A DNA stretch of 64,000 nt from an uncultured cyanobacterium (lineage in GTDB: Bacteria > Cyanobacteriota > Cyanobacteriia > PCC-6307 > Cyanobiaceae), in assembly GCA_963765575.1 (NCBI GenBank), contig CAVXWZ010000001.1, positions 192,001-256,000 of the forward strand, written 5' to 3'. Position numbers and translations under genes: made by a program. This document shows, piece by piece, positions 41,689-49,760 of this stretch. Every line of letters starts with the position of its first letter. Position 1 is the stretch's first letter. The notes below the pieces were generated by a model that ran no database searches, was not told where the DNA came from, and saw only the letters and a program-made list of their open reading frames with translations.

Positions 41689-42726
41689 TCAGGCTTGAGC
41701 GTGCCTGGCGTTCTGTCGCTGCTCCGGCAGCGGCACCAGGCGCTGGGCGGCCCGATCCCAGAGCAGATAGCGCGCGCAGGGCAGCATGTCGCCCAACTTG
41801 AGGGTGGGCACATCACGCAGCAGGTGGGCGTTGGCCAGGTGCGCGGCGCGGAGGCGGTAGTTGGGAATGCGCTCGGAGAGATGGTGGATGTTGTGATAGC
41901 CGATGTCGGCGGTGAACCAGCGCAGCAGTGCCGGCATCTGCAGGTAACTGGTGCCTTCGAGGGCACCCTTGACGTTGCTCCAGCCCTCGGTGGGATGGGC
42001 GTAGGTTGCGCCAAAGATGTGCTGCACGAAGAAGATCCAGATGAAGAACATCGCCGCGAAGGCCAGCGTCACGCCGTAGATCCCCAGCACGACTCCGTAG
42101 CCCCACGCCTGGCCGGCGAAGGCCAGAATTGTGATCAAACAGACACTGTTCAGCAGCTGCTCCCAGAACTGGGCCGTGCGGGGGAGGGCCCGGGCCCGCA
42201 GGGCCGCCGTGATCTCCTGCAGCAGCTCCAGCCGCGGCTTGATGGCCAGATAGAAGAAACCACCGGGTAGGGCCATCAGCGGATGGCGCAGCAGCGCATA
42301 CATCCGCTGCTGCTTTGCGTCGAGCTGGGCAAATTCGTCTGTGGAAAGGAAGTCGGCCACACCCCGATAGCGCTCCCAATCACCATTGGTGCGGTGGTGG
42401 AAGGCGTGATCCGCCGACCAAGCCTGTTGGGGAATGGCGTTGATCAGCCCCAGCAGGAAGCCGCCGATCCGGTTCAGTCGGGGGCTGCGAAACAGCGACA
42501 GATGGCCGCAGTCGTGCATCAGCGAGAAGCAGCGCAGGGCGAACAGCACCATCAGCACCATGATCAGGGGCAGGGCCCAGATGGCCTGCTGGGCGGCCTG
42601 GATCGCCAGCGCCCAGAGCAGCAGGTAGGGCCCAACGGCGCTGAGGATCTGCAGGGCGCCGCGCCGATTGCTGCTGCGGGTGTAGGGAGCCAGAACGAAG
42701 TCGGCCCGCCGGTGGGCGGTGGTCAT
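41689..42726 (-). CDS. membrane fatty acid desaturase
   Basis: HDCGH, HAFHH, HNIHH boxes. Confidence 0.9.
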   Translation of the reverse strand: MTTAHRRADFVLAPYTRSSNRRGALQILSAVGPYLLLWALAIQAAQQAIWALPLIMVLMVLFALRCFSLMHDCGHLSLFRSPRLNRIGGFLLGLINAIPQQAWSADHAFHHRTNGDWERYRGVADFLSTDEFAQLDAKQQRMYALLRHPLMALPGGFFYLAIKPRLELLQEITAALRARALPRTAQFWEQLLNSVCLITILAFAGQAWGYGVVLGIYGVTLAFAAMFFIWIFFVQHIFGATYAHPTEGWSNVKGALEGTSYLQMPALLRWFTADIGYHNIHHLSERIPNYRLRAAHLANAHLLRDVPTLKLGDMLPCARYLLWDRAAQRLVPLPEQRQNARHAQA

Positions 42727-42898
42727 GCAGGGGGACGAGGGGGGATGGAGAGGGTGCCCGCTCACCGTTCCCTCCAGGGTGTGGATCGCTGGAACTGGTC
42801 ACGCCATTCTGGACTGCAGCAGCCAGGTGCGGCGACCCGAGCGCCTCAGCGACAGCACCAGCCACACCCCGAGCACGTTCCCATGCCCGCCCGAGCCG

Positions 42899-43324
42899 AT
42901 GACCCTTGAAGTTGCCCTGGCGATGCTCCATCGCCAGGGCCGCTGGCTGATGCAGCTGCGCGACGACATCGACGGCATCGTGGCGCCGGGGTGCTGGGGG
43001 CTGTTCGGCGGCCACCTTGATCCCGGTGAAACCCCGGAGCAGGCCCTGCGGCGCGAACTGCTGGAGGAGATCGCCTGGCAGCCGGAGCAGGTGGGCACGG
43101 CGCTGCAGCAGCCCACCCACCGGCGCCTGGCCCATGTGTTCGTGGTGGAGCTCACGGTGCCCCTGGATCAACTGCAGCTGCTGGAGGGGCAGGACATGGC
43201 CCTGGTGTCCGGCTCAGAGCTGCTCAGTGGCGCCATCTGGAGCACCCGGCTGCAGCAGCACCGCCCCCTGGCCGAAGGTCTGGCGGAGTTGATGCGGCTG
43301 CTCGGCGGGGTGCTGAGCCCCTGA
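42899..43324 (+). CDS. NUDIX hydrolase
   Basis: GGHLDPGETPEQALRRELLEEI. Confidence 0.92.
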   Translation: MTLEVALAMLHRQGRWLMQLRDDIDGIVAPGCWGLFGGHLDPGETPEQALRRELLEEIAWQPEQVGTALQQPTHRRLAHVFVVELTVPLDQLQLLEGQDMALVSGSELLSGAIWSTRLQQHRPLAEGLAELMRLLGGVLSP

Positions 43325-43329
43325 CGCCT

Positions 43330-43605
43330 TCACCGCCAGAGCCACCAGCGGCGCCACCAGCGCTTGCGCGCCGGGGCGCGGTGGCTGCCGTCGCAGAGGG
43401 GGTAGCGCCGCGACCGGCCGCAGCCGCACATCTGCAGCGTGGCCGGTGCGCTCAGCCGCAGTTCGTAGGACACCCGGCCGCTGCCCAGGTGGGCGCCATC
43501 ACAGAGCCAGCCGTGGCGGCTGAGGCCGCAGCTGCAGAGCTGGTGCACGCCGGCGGGCAGATCCAGGGCCCGTGGGCCGGCAGCCGGGGGATCGGACTCG
43601 GGCAT
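43330..43605 (-). CDS. double CDGSH iron-sulfur domain protein
   Basis: CSCGLSRHGWLCDGAH and CGCGRSRRYPLCDGSH. Confidence 0.88.
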   Translation of the reverse strand: MPESDPPAAGPRALDLPAGVHQLCSCGLSRHGWLCDGAHLGSGRVSYELRLSAPATLQMCGCGRSRRYPLCDGSHRAPARKRWWRRWWLWR

Positions 43606-43709
43606 CGCCGCTCCGGGCACAGGGGTTGGCCACACCACACTCTGGTGCCGCCCGTCCCCAGCTGAGCCAGTCCGTTACTGCCGCTTCGGTGCAGGTGCAC
43701 ACTGCACCG

Positions 43710-44354
43710 ATGCCCAGGGGCGCCCTACTGCATCTGGCCCTGCTGCTGGGGCTCACGGCACCGGTGGGTTGCGCCGCCCAGCCCCAGCGCGCCACCGTGC
43801 TCTCGATCGGTGATGGCGACACCATCCGCGTGCGCCAGGGCGGCCGGCGCATCACCGTGCGGCTGGCCTGCATCGACGCTCCGGAACTGGCCCAGCAGCC
43901 CCACGGCCAGCGGGCGAGGGACTATCTGCAACTGCGCGTGCCCGTGGGCACTTCGGTGCGGCTGGAGGTGAAAACCACCGACCGCTACGGGCGCACCGTG
44001 GCCGAGGTGATCACCGGCACCAACATCAACCTGGCGATGGTGGAGGACGGCCAGGGCTTCGCCTATCGCCGTTACCTGGGCGGCTGCGCTGGGCAGGAGT
44101 ACCTGGATGCCGAATTCAGGGCCAGCCGGCGGCGCCACGGCGTCTGGCAGGTGCCAGGCGGGATCACCCGCCCGTGGGACTTCCGGCGGGCTCGGCGCTC
44201 CGCCCCCATCCCGGACGGCACCACCCCTGGCGGCCGCCGCTACAGCTGCCGAGAGATCGGCTCCTATGCCCGCGCCCAGCAACTTCTGGGGCAGGGCCAC
44301 AGTTATCTCGATGGCAATGGTGATGGTGTGGCCTGCGAAAGCCTGCGGCGCTGA
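43710..44354 (+). CDS. secreted thermonuclease (SNase) with Excalibur Ca-binding domain
   Basis: DGDT, RLACIDAPE, DRYGR; C-terminal C...LDGNGDGVAC. Confidence 0.9.
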   Translation: MPRGALLHLALLLGLTAPVGCAAQPQRATVLSIGDGDTIRVRQGGRRITVRLACIDAPELAQQPHGQRARDYLQLRVPVGTSVRLEVKTTDRYGRTVAEVITGTNINLAMVEDGQGFAYRRYLGGCAGQEYLDAEFRASRRRHGVWQVPGGITRPWDFRRARRSAPIPDGTTPGGRRYSCREIGSYARAQQLLGQGHSYLDGNGDGVACESLRR

Positions 44355-44411
44355 ACGCAGGCAGGCAGCCCCTGCCCTGTCTGGCTCCTGCTTGGAGCCC
44401 AGATTTTGGAG

Positions 44412-44635
44412 TCAGACCATCCCCAGGGTCTTCGCCTTGCAGTAGCCCGCCCCAACCTTGATCCAGCGTGAATCGCAGGGCTTGCCAGTAGTGGACTTCA
44501 CCGCGTCATTGCCGGAAAGCGCGGGAATCCCCTGTTGCGCCAATGCGGCGGCAGCGGCTACTAGCCCTGGCAGGGCCAGAAGGCAGTGGGCAGAAGGCAG
44601 TAGGGAGTAGGCAGAACCAGGGTCAGCTTCGGCAC
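44412..44635 (-). pseudogene. degraded paralog of the 47289-47549 gene
   Basis: Same MPKLTLVL start and GKPCDSxWxxVGAGYCKxKTLG end; frameshift in the signal peptide; middle segment missing. Confidence 0.75.
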
Positions 44636-44766
44636 CGAGCCAATCATCAACCCATCCCGCCCTCGGCATTGGTGATCGGTGTTGGTGATCGGCAGGATCA
44701 CTTGGAGGCCAACCCTGGCGGCCGGAACGCCCTTTTCCGGGCGGGGCGGTGTTGAGTCAGGCGGCT

Positions 44767-44806
44767 GCCGGATGTAAGCAGCGCGCAGCAGCTGCTTACA
44801 TCCGGC
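44767..44806. terminator. perfect 16-bp inverted repeat, 8-nt loop (possible terminator or 3' stabiliser)
   Basis: gccggatgtaagcagc / gctgcttacatccggc; contains the stop of 44796-45041; no U-tract. Confidence 0.5.
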
Positions 44807-45041
44807 CGGCTTTGATGCCCTTCTCCACCTGTTCGATTGCCTCCTCAATCAACTCGATGGCCTTGCCACGGTGGCCACCCTTGCCCGTGTTGGCCTCCTC
44901 AAGATTCTCCTTGGCTTCGTTGAGGTTGACCAAGGCCGCCTTCATCTTGGGCTGATTGGCCTGGGCGGGCAACGGCACCATCAAGGCCGCAGCGGTGGTG
45001 ATGGCGGCCAGTGGCAGGGTGGCGAGGAGGCTGCGTTTCAT
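44796..45041 (-). CDS. small secreted helical-hairpin protein
   Basis: Signal peptide AQA-N, QPKMKAAL...KGGHRGKAIELI. Confidence 0.8.
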   Translation of the reverse strand: MKRSLLATLPLAAITTAAALMVPLPAQANQPKMKAALVNLNEAKENLEEANTGKGGHRGKAIELIEEAIEQVEKGIKAGRM

Positions 45042-45449
45042 TCTGTCGATGAAGCTGACTTGTGAATTTTACAGGTGCCCTGAGGCCTCAGCATCGATTC
45101 GTCCATCCCGAACACCGCGTGGCCACCGTGCATCAGCAGCCACGGCCCCCGCAGCGATCCCGATGCAAGGCGATACCCCCCTGATCTCGGCAGCCACGTG
45201 GGGCTCTGGTGGTGGTTTGATCCTGAGCGGCTGTCAGCTGTTGTCCACGAACGGCTGATCGATTCCATCAGCAAGGTGCAGGTGACCGCCTCTGGTCAGA
45301 TCACCATGGCCGACGTGCGGGCCCGACCCCATGGAATGGATCGGTTTGGACCCCGTGGTTGGGTCGACAACGTGGGCCGGAAGGAACACCAGCAGAAGCA
45401 GCAGGCCTGCTTGGCGGAGGAGTGCAGCGCCCAGATCTTGACGTTGGGA

Positions 45450-45725
45450 TTAGTTGAAGGGCAGTTCGCCACCAGGCCTGAAGTCACCCTGACCATCAGG
45501 GCCTGCCATCACAGACTCGTCATACTTATTGAGAGTTTTGGCGGCTCGCTTGGCTTGTTTTTCAGACTTGTATCTTGTGCTCAGGGTTTGACCAGTCTTG
45601 GTGTTTGTAACAGTGTAATGACCACCCACGAACTGGGCTGTCTTTTCAGCCTTCCATTCGGCAAGGGCTGGGGAGGCGGCAAAACTCAGCATCAGAGATG
45701 CCGTAACAGCAGTGAGTGTCTTCAT
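45450..45725 (-). CDS. small secreted basic protein, C-terminal GPDGxGDFxPGG motif (paralog 1)
   Basis: Signal peptide ALA-E; motif shared with neighbouring gene. Confidence 0.8.
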   Translation of the reverse strand: MKTLTAVTASLMLSFAASPALAEWKAEKTAQFVGGHYTVTNTKTGQTLSTRYKSEKQAKRAAKTLNKYDESVMAGPDGQGDFRPGGELPFN

Positions 45726-45792
45726 TCTGGATACTCTGTATGGAGTGTCAGTGAGGGAATTGAGAAGAAGAGCTGAATGAGCGTCTTTGATG

Positions 45793-46104
45793 TCACTTGG
45801 GCAGTGGTCCACCGGGGATGAAATCGCCCTCGCCGTCGGGACCTGCCATCACGCCTTTTTCAATAGCGTTCATTTTTCCTGCAGCTTTGGCTGCTTTCTT
45901 GCGATTTTTCTGATTCAATTCTACTTTATCCGTCCCGTTTGTAATTCCGTAGCGTGTCTTGTTGCTGGAAAGATCCTTGTATTCATAGGAGCTCCAGAGC
46001 GCGTGTGCAGGCAACACGCTGAAAATCACCCAGGCGATGGAGGCCAGTGCTACAGCAGTTGAGCGAGCCCATGGGCCCTTGAGATGGACGACAGGATGGG
46101 CCAT
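45793..46104 (-). CDS. small secreted basic protein, C-terminal GPDGxGDFxPGG motif (paralog 2)
   Basis: Signal peptide AHA-L; start uncertain (46104 or 46143). Confidence 0.75.
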   Translation of the reverse strand: MAHPVVHLKGPWARSTAVALASIAWVIFSVLPAHALWSSYEYKDLSSNKTRYGITNGTDKVELNQKNRKKAAKAAGKMNAIEKGVMAGPDGEGDFIPGGPLPK

Positions 46105-46245
46105 GGCAACAGGAGATTGACTCTTCCCAGATATCACTAGCATAGGCCATTCAGGTTTGCCAGGATTTTGGCAATACGCAAAGAAGGTGGGGCAGAGGAT
46201 TGGGGGCGGAAGATGCCACCGGCTTGCTGCTCACAGTGCCACCCA

Positions 46246-46809
46246 TCAGGGATTCAGTCGCTCCTCGTGCCAGCCGCGGTCTTGTCTCCAGCGACGTCGC
46301 TGGTGCGGATGATCCCTCAGCTCCAGCAACTCCACCTGGGCAAGCTCAATGCGCAGCAGCTGGAAATGCTCGGGCTGCGGGGTTTCGTCGGCAAGCTCGA
46401 CCGGGAAATCCTCAGAGGCATCAAAGGCTGCTCCCGGTTCGGGCCAGCCCCAGAGCGCACGGCCTGAAGGGGTGAGCTGGTGCCAGTGCCGTTGGCGCTC
46501 CTCCCTGCCCACGTCCGTGGGCAAGGTCAGAACGTTTCCGCGCAGGCGAAACTGACAGCGGGCTTTGGGCAGCAGCCAGCACAGTTCGACGGCGGGCTGC
46601 TGTTGGAGCTCAGCCGTTTTCGTGCTGCGGCCGTCGGTGAGCAGATCCAACGCGGCGCCAGCGACCCAGCCGCGGAACACCAGGGTGCGCACCCGTGGGC
46701 TGCCATCGGGGGCGACGGTGGCGAGCTGCAGCCAGCGGGCCGCTGGCGAGCGGCCTTCGCGTTTGCGAGCCCCGCGAAGCAACGATCGCCATGGCGGCAG
46801 CGCCGTCAC
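46246..46809 (-). CDS. pyridoxamine 5'-phosphate oxidase-like FMN-binding protein
   Basis: LQLATV, PRVRTLVFRG, TDGRSTK, QFRLRG, C-terminal LNP. Confidence 0.85.
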   Translation of the reverse strand: MTALPPWRSLLRGARKREGRSPAARWLQLATVAPDGSPRVRTLVFRGWVAGAALDLLTDGRSTKTAELQQQPAVELCWLLPKARCQFRLRGNVLTLPTDVGREERQRHWHQLTPSGRALWGWPEPGAAFDASEDFPVELADETPQPEHFQLLRIELAQVELLELRDHPHQRRRWRQDRGWHEERLNP

Positions 46810-47051
46810 GTCGCCTGCGCTTGGCGTTGCTTGACGGCAATGGCCCCTGCGGCGATGGCGGCAAGGCCCAGGGCGCCGGAGGCGGCCAGAAACACCAGCG
46901 TTTGCAGGGCCAGCAGGAGCAATCCAAGCGCCGAAGCCGCCTTGATCTGGACCCGCGCCTTGATCAGCAGGGTGATCAGCAGCAGCACGGTGGCCTGCAG
47001 GCCGGCGATCTTCGCTGCGGTGAGCGGGCAGCAGGGAGTGAGCACGGGCAT
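46806..47051 (-). CDS. small hydrophobic membrane protein
   Basis: Very hydrophobic; stop overlaps GTG of next gene (GTGA). Confidence 0.5.
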   Translation of the reverse strand: MPVLTPCCPLTAAKIAGLQATVLLLITLLIKARVQIKAASALGLLLLALQTLVFLAASGALGLAAIAAGAIAVKQRQAQAT

Positions 47052-47288
47052 CGAGGAGAAGCGAGCCCCAATCCTGTCGAAGCTGACGACCTGTTGAGTC
47101 CGGTCGGTCAAAACCAAGCTGCTGCCGGTGCCCAATGGCCGCCGCGCCATCCGCGGTGGGCGCCTCTGCGATCACTGCCCATCGGCGATGACGCCGGGAT
47201 GGTCACCGTTACCTTCGTCGCAACAGCAGTTGGCGCCGAATCCAGATCTCCCCCAGGTGAACCGCTGCAGGGATCAGCTGTGCTGAAG

Positions 47289-47549
47289 TCAGAAGATTCC
47301 CAGGGTCTTCTTCTTGCAGTAGCCCGCCCCAACGTTCATCCAGCCCGAATCACAGGGCTTGCCGTTGGTGGGCTTCACCTCGTAATAGATCGGTGAATTG
47401 CAATGCTGCTTGAGGTCGTTCACATAACCCAGCGGACACTCGTCGTAGCCGGGGAGCTTGGGGATCCGCTTCTGAGCCAGTGCGGCGCCAGGAATCAGCG
47501 CTGGAAGGGTCAGAAGGCCGGCGGCCAGTACGAGGGTCAGCTTGGGCAC
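47289..47549 (-). CDS. small secreted 4-Cys protein
   Basis: Signal peptide ALA-Q; CPLGY...C...C...YC. Confidence 0.8.
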   Translation of the reverse strand: MPKLTLVLAAGLLTLPALIPGAALAQKRIPKLPGYDECPLGYVNDLKQHCNSPIYYEVKPTNGKPCDSGWMNVGAGYCKKKTLGIF

Positions 47550-47732
47550 TGGATCAGCAATTCAGTGGGGAGATCTTAGGCGTTGCCCATCGTCGCCACC
47601 ACTGGCTGGCCAGCCCTCGTTGCTGGGAGCGCCCTTCCCAGGGCTTGTGTGCTGTCTGGGGTCTACATCACACCTGCGAGCAGGAGTGGAATCTGGCCTG
47701 GTGAACAGGGGCCTTACCCACCAGAACGGATC

Positions 47733-48749
47733 TCAGCCCCCGAGCACTTCTGGCCCCTCGGGGCAGATCAGATCAGCGGCCTTGCGGGCATCGCTGAGCA
47801 CCTGCAGCAGCACGCGGGGCGATTCACGCAGCAGCTCCACCCAGTGGCCCAGATAGGCGGCGTGATTGGCCATGGCACTGCCGATCTCGAGCCGATCGCC
47901 CAGCAGCACCGCCCCCAGCTCGGCCACCAGCTCCTCACGGGCATAGGCCCTGCCGCCATCGCCGCCCTCGCCCATGCCGCCGGAAAGATCCCTGGCCAGC
48001 CGGGAGCTGTGGCCGGAGGAGTGGATCGCCTCATGGGCCCAGGTGGCATAGAGGGCCGCCGCTGAATGGAAGGCGGAGCGATCCGGTAGCCGGATGCGAT
48101 CGGGCACCGGCAGATAACAGGCCCGATCGCCCCCGAAGTGCACCGGCACCGGCCAGCAACTGAGGACGGCCTCAGCCGCCGCCAGCCGCTCGGGCTCGGG
48201 CCGCTGGATTACCCCCTCGGCCTGGCGGCGCTTCTGGATAAGCCCCTCCAGCGCCTCGCCCTCCAGATCGGCGGCATTGAAGACCGCCACCGGCCGGTAG
48301 CTCACCCAGCGGCGTCCAGCCGCAGCGACTTCTTCGCCAGCACCCCCACTCCCGCCCGTACCAGCCGCATCGGCCGGAGCCTCCTCGGCCAACGGGGCTT
48401 CGCCACGCTGATGCACCTGGGGCCGCAGCACGTGCACGGCCTTGCTCCCCTTGCGGGGGAAGATCCCGAGCGCCTTGGCCTCGGCAAAGCCGCACCAATA
48501 GGGCAGGGCTGAAGCGCGCAGGTGCATGCCCAGGGTGAGCAGCACCGGATTGGCACCGCGGTAGCGACGGCCGGAGAGCAGGTTGACGTGGTGCCCGCCA
48601 GCGGCGGCATCCCACTCGCGCCGCCAGGGGGTGGTACCCGCCTCCAGCAAGGCGACCAGGGAGGCCACCAGCTTCTCTTCTGGCGAGACCTTGGGGCCGG
48701 GAGTGCCTTTCGGTGTGGAGGTGGATCGTGATGTGGAAGCAACAGCCAC
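47733..48749 (-). CDS. ardC: ArdC family ssDNA-binding antirestriction protein
   Basis: PWRREW, YRGANP, RKGSKA, VFNAAD, HEAIHSSGH, YAREELVAELGA; GTG 48749 preferred over TTG 48794. Confidence 0.9.
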   Translation of the reverse strand: MAVASTSRSTSTPKGTPGPKVSPEEKLVASLVALLEAGTTPWRREWDAAAGGHHVNLLSGRRYRGANPVLLTLGMHLRASALPYWCGFAEAKALGIFPRKGSKAVHVLRPQVHQRGEAPLAEEAPADAAGTGGSGGAGEEVAAAGRRWVSYRPVAVFNAADLEGEALEGLIQKRRQAEGVIQRPEPERLAAAEAVLSCWPVPVHFGGDRACYLPVPDRIRLPDRSAFHSAAALYATWAHEAIHSSGHSSRLARDLSGGMGEGGDGGRAYAREELVAELGAVLLGDRLEIGSAMANHAAYLGHWVELLRESPRVLLQVLSDARKAADLICPEGPEVLGG

Positions 48750-48778
48750 GGGTGGAGAGCGCAGGACCGCAAGCGCCA

Positions 48779-48885
48779 GCGCGGCCAGCGACAAGGGCCG
48801 GCCGCAGCGCTCACAGAAACCAATGCCCCCAGGTGTCCCATCTCCTGCGGCGGGCCGGCTGGCGCCAGCCCTTGCGCGGCCGCGC
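48779..48885. promoter_or_regulatory. branched hairpin upstream of ardC (candidate ssDNA promoter)
   Basis: Outer stem gcgcggcc-a-gcg-a-caagggc / gcccttg-cgc-ggccgcgc, inner ccgcag/ctgcgg, side palindrome gctggcgccagc. Confidence 0.55.
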
Positions 48886-49039
48886 AGGCTGAGGACTCCT
48901 GCGCGATACCACGCAGAACAGGAGATCGAATTCAGGGGGATAGCTCCGCAGGCTGGCTCTGCAGGAAACTCACCGGTTAAGAGGTCGATCAGCAGGAGAG
49001 GCCTGCTTGGTGATCGCGTCAGGGAAACGGCCTATCTGA

Positions 49040-49760
49040 TCAACCGCACAGAAGCGGCAAGTTGTTCAGCAACCGACGACGTTCTTCCCAATCTGGGAGG
49101 TGAGAATCCAGCAGGGCAATGAACTCCTCGCCATGCCTCGGCACGCGTAGATGGGCAAGCTCATGGAGGACGATATAATCAAGGCAGTCCTTTGGCTTCT
49201 GAGCCAGCTGAGTATTCAGGCGGATATTCCTTGATTTCGGATTACAGCTCCCCCATTGACGGGTCATCGCCTGAACAAAGAGTCGTTCGCCTGCACGTTC
49301 AGCTGTTGCTCCCATTTCTCGATCAGGATCGCAGCTTCCTTTCTGAGCTCATCGCGGTACCAGGCAGCGAGAATGCTCTGCCGCTTCTCTGCTGTTGCGC
49401 CTGGATCGAATAAACAGCACCAGTGTGTCTGGGATGCACTTCGATCCTGGGAGCCGCGTTCACTTCCTGGATCTGCAGCAGTAATCGGCGACCCCAGAGA
49501 TGATGGGATTCCCGTTCCACGACCTGCCTGGGGCTTTCCCTCTGCTGGCCGTCAAGCCGGGACTGTTGCTTACGAATCCAGCTGAGCTTGCCAATGGCAT
49601 AGGCCCTCACATGGTCTGGGCTCATCCGCTCCGGCGCTGAGATACGCACGGAGCCATGGGGTGGCACCACCGAAAGGTGCAGGTGCTTGATCGGCTTCAC
49701 GGTGACCTCCACCGACAAGGACCCGATCACAAGCTGATGGCTGGGAAAGGCCAGGGTCAT
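49040..49760 (-). CDS. YgjP/DUF45 (M48-like) metal-dependent hydrolase, frameshifted
   Basis: KPIKHLHLSV...ISAP; WGSC, YIVLHELAH; TGATG overlap with hsdR stop. Confidence 0.88.

Noticed and set aside
45230..45449. Open hydrophobic frame (..LLRQAGLLLLLVFLPAHV..) following the 45450 gene
   Set aside because: No convincing start codon and no recognisable family; at most a remnant
45450..46143. Lasso-peptide or RiPP precursor reading of GPDGxGD (Gly1...Asp7)
   Set aside because: No cyclase, peptidase or RRE genes nearby; Sec signal peptides present; no Thr at -2
47550..47732. att site or tRNA at the island boundary
   Set aside because: No tRNA-like sequence, integrase or recognisable direct repeat seen
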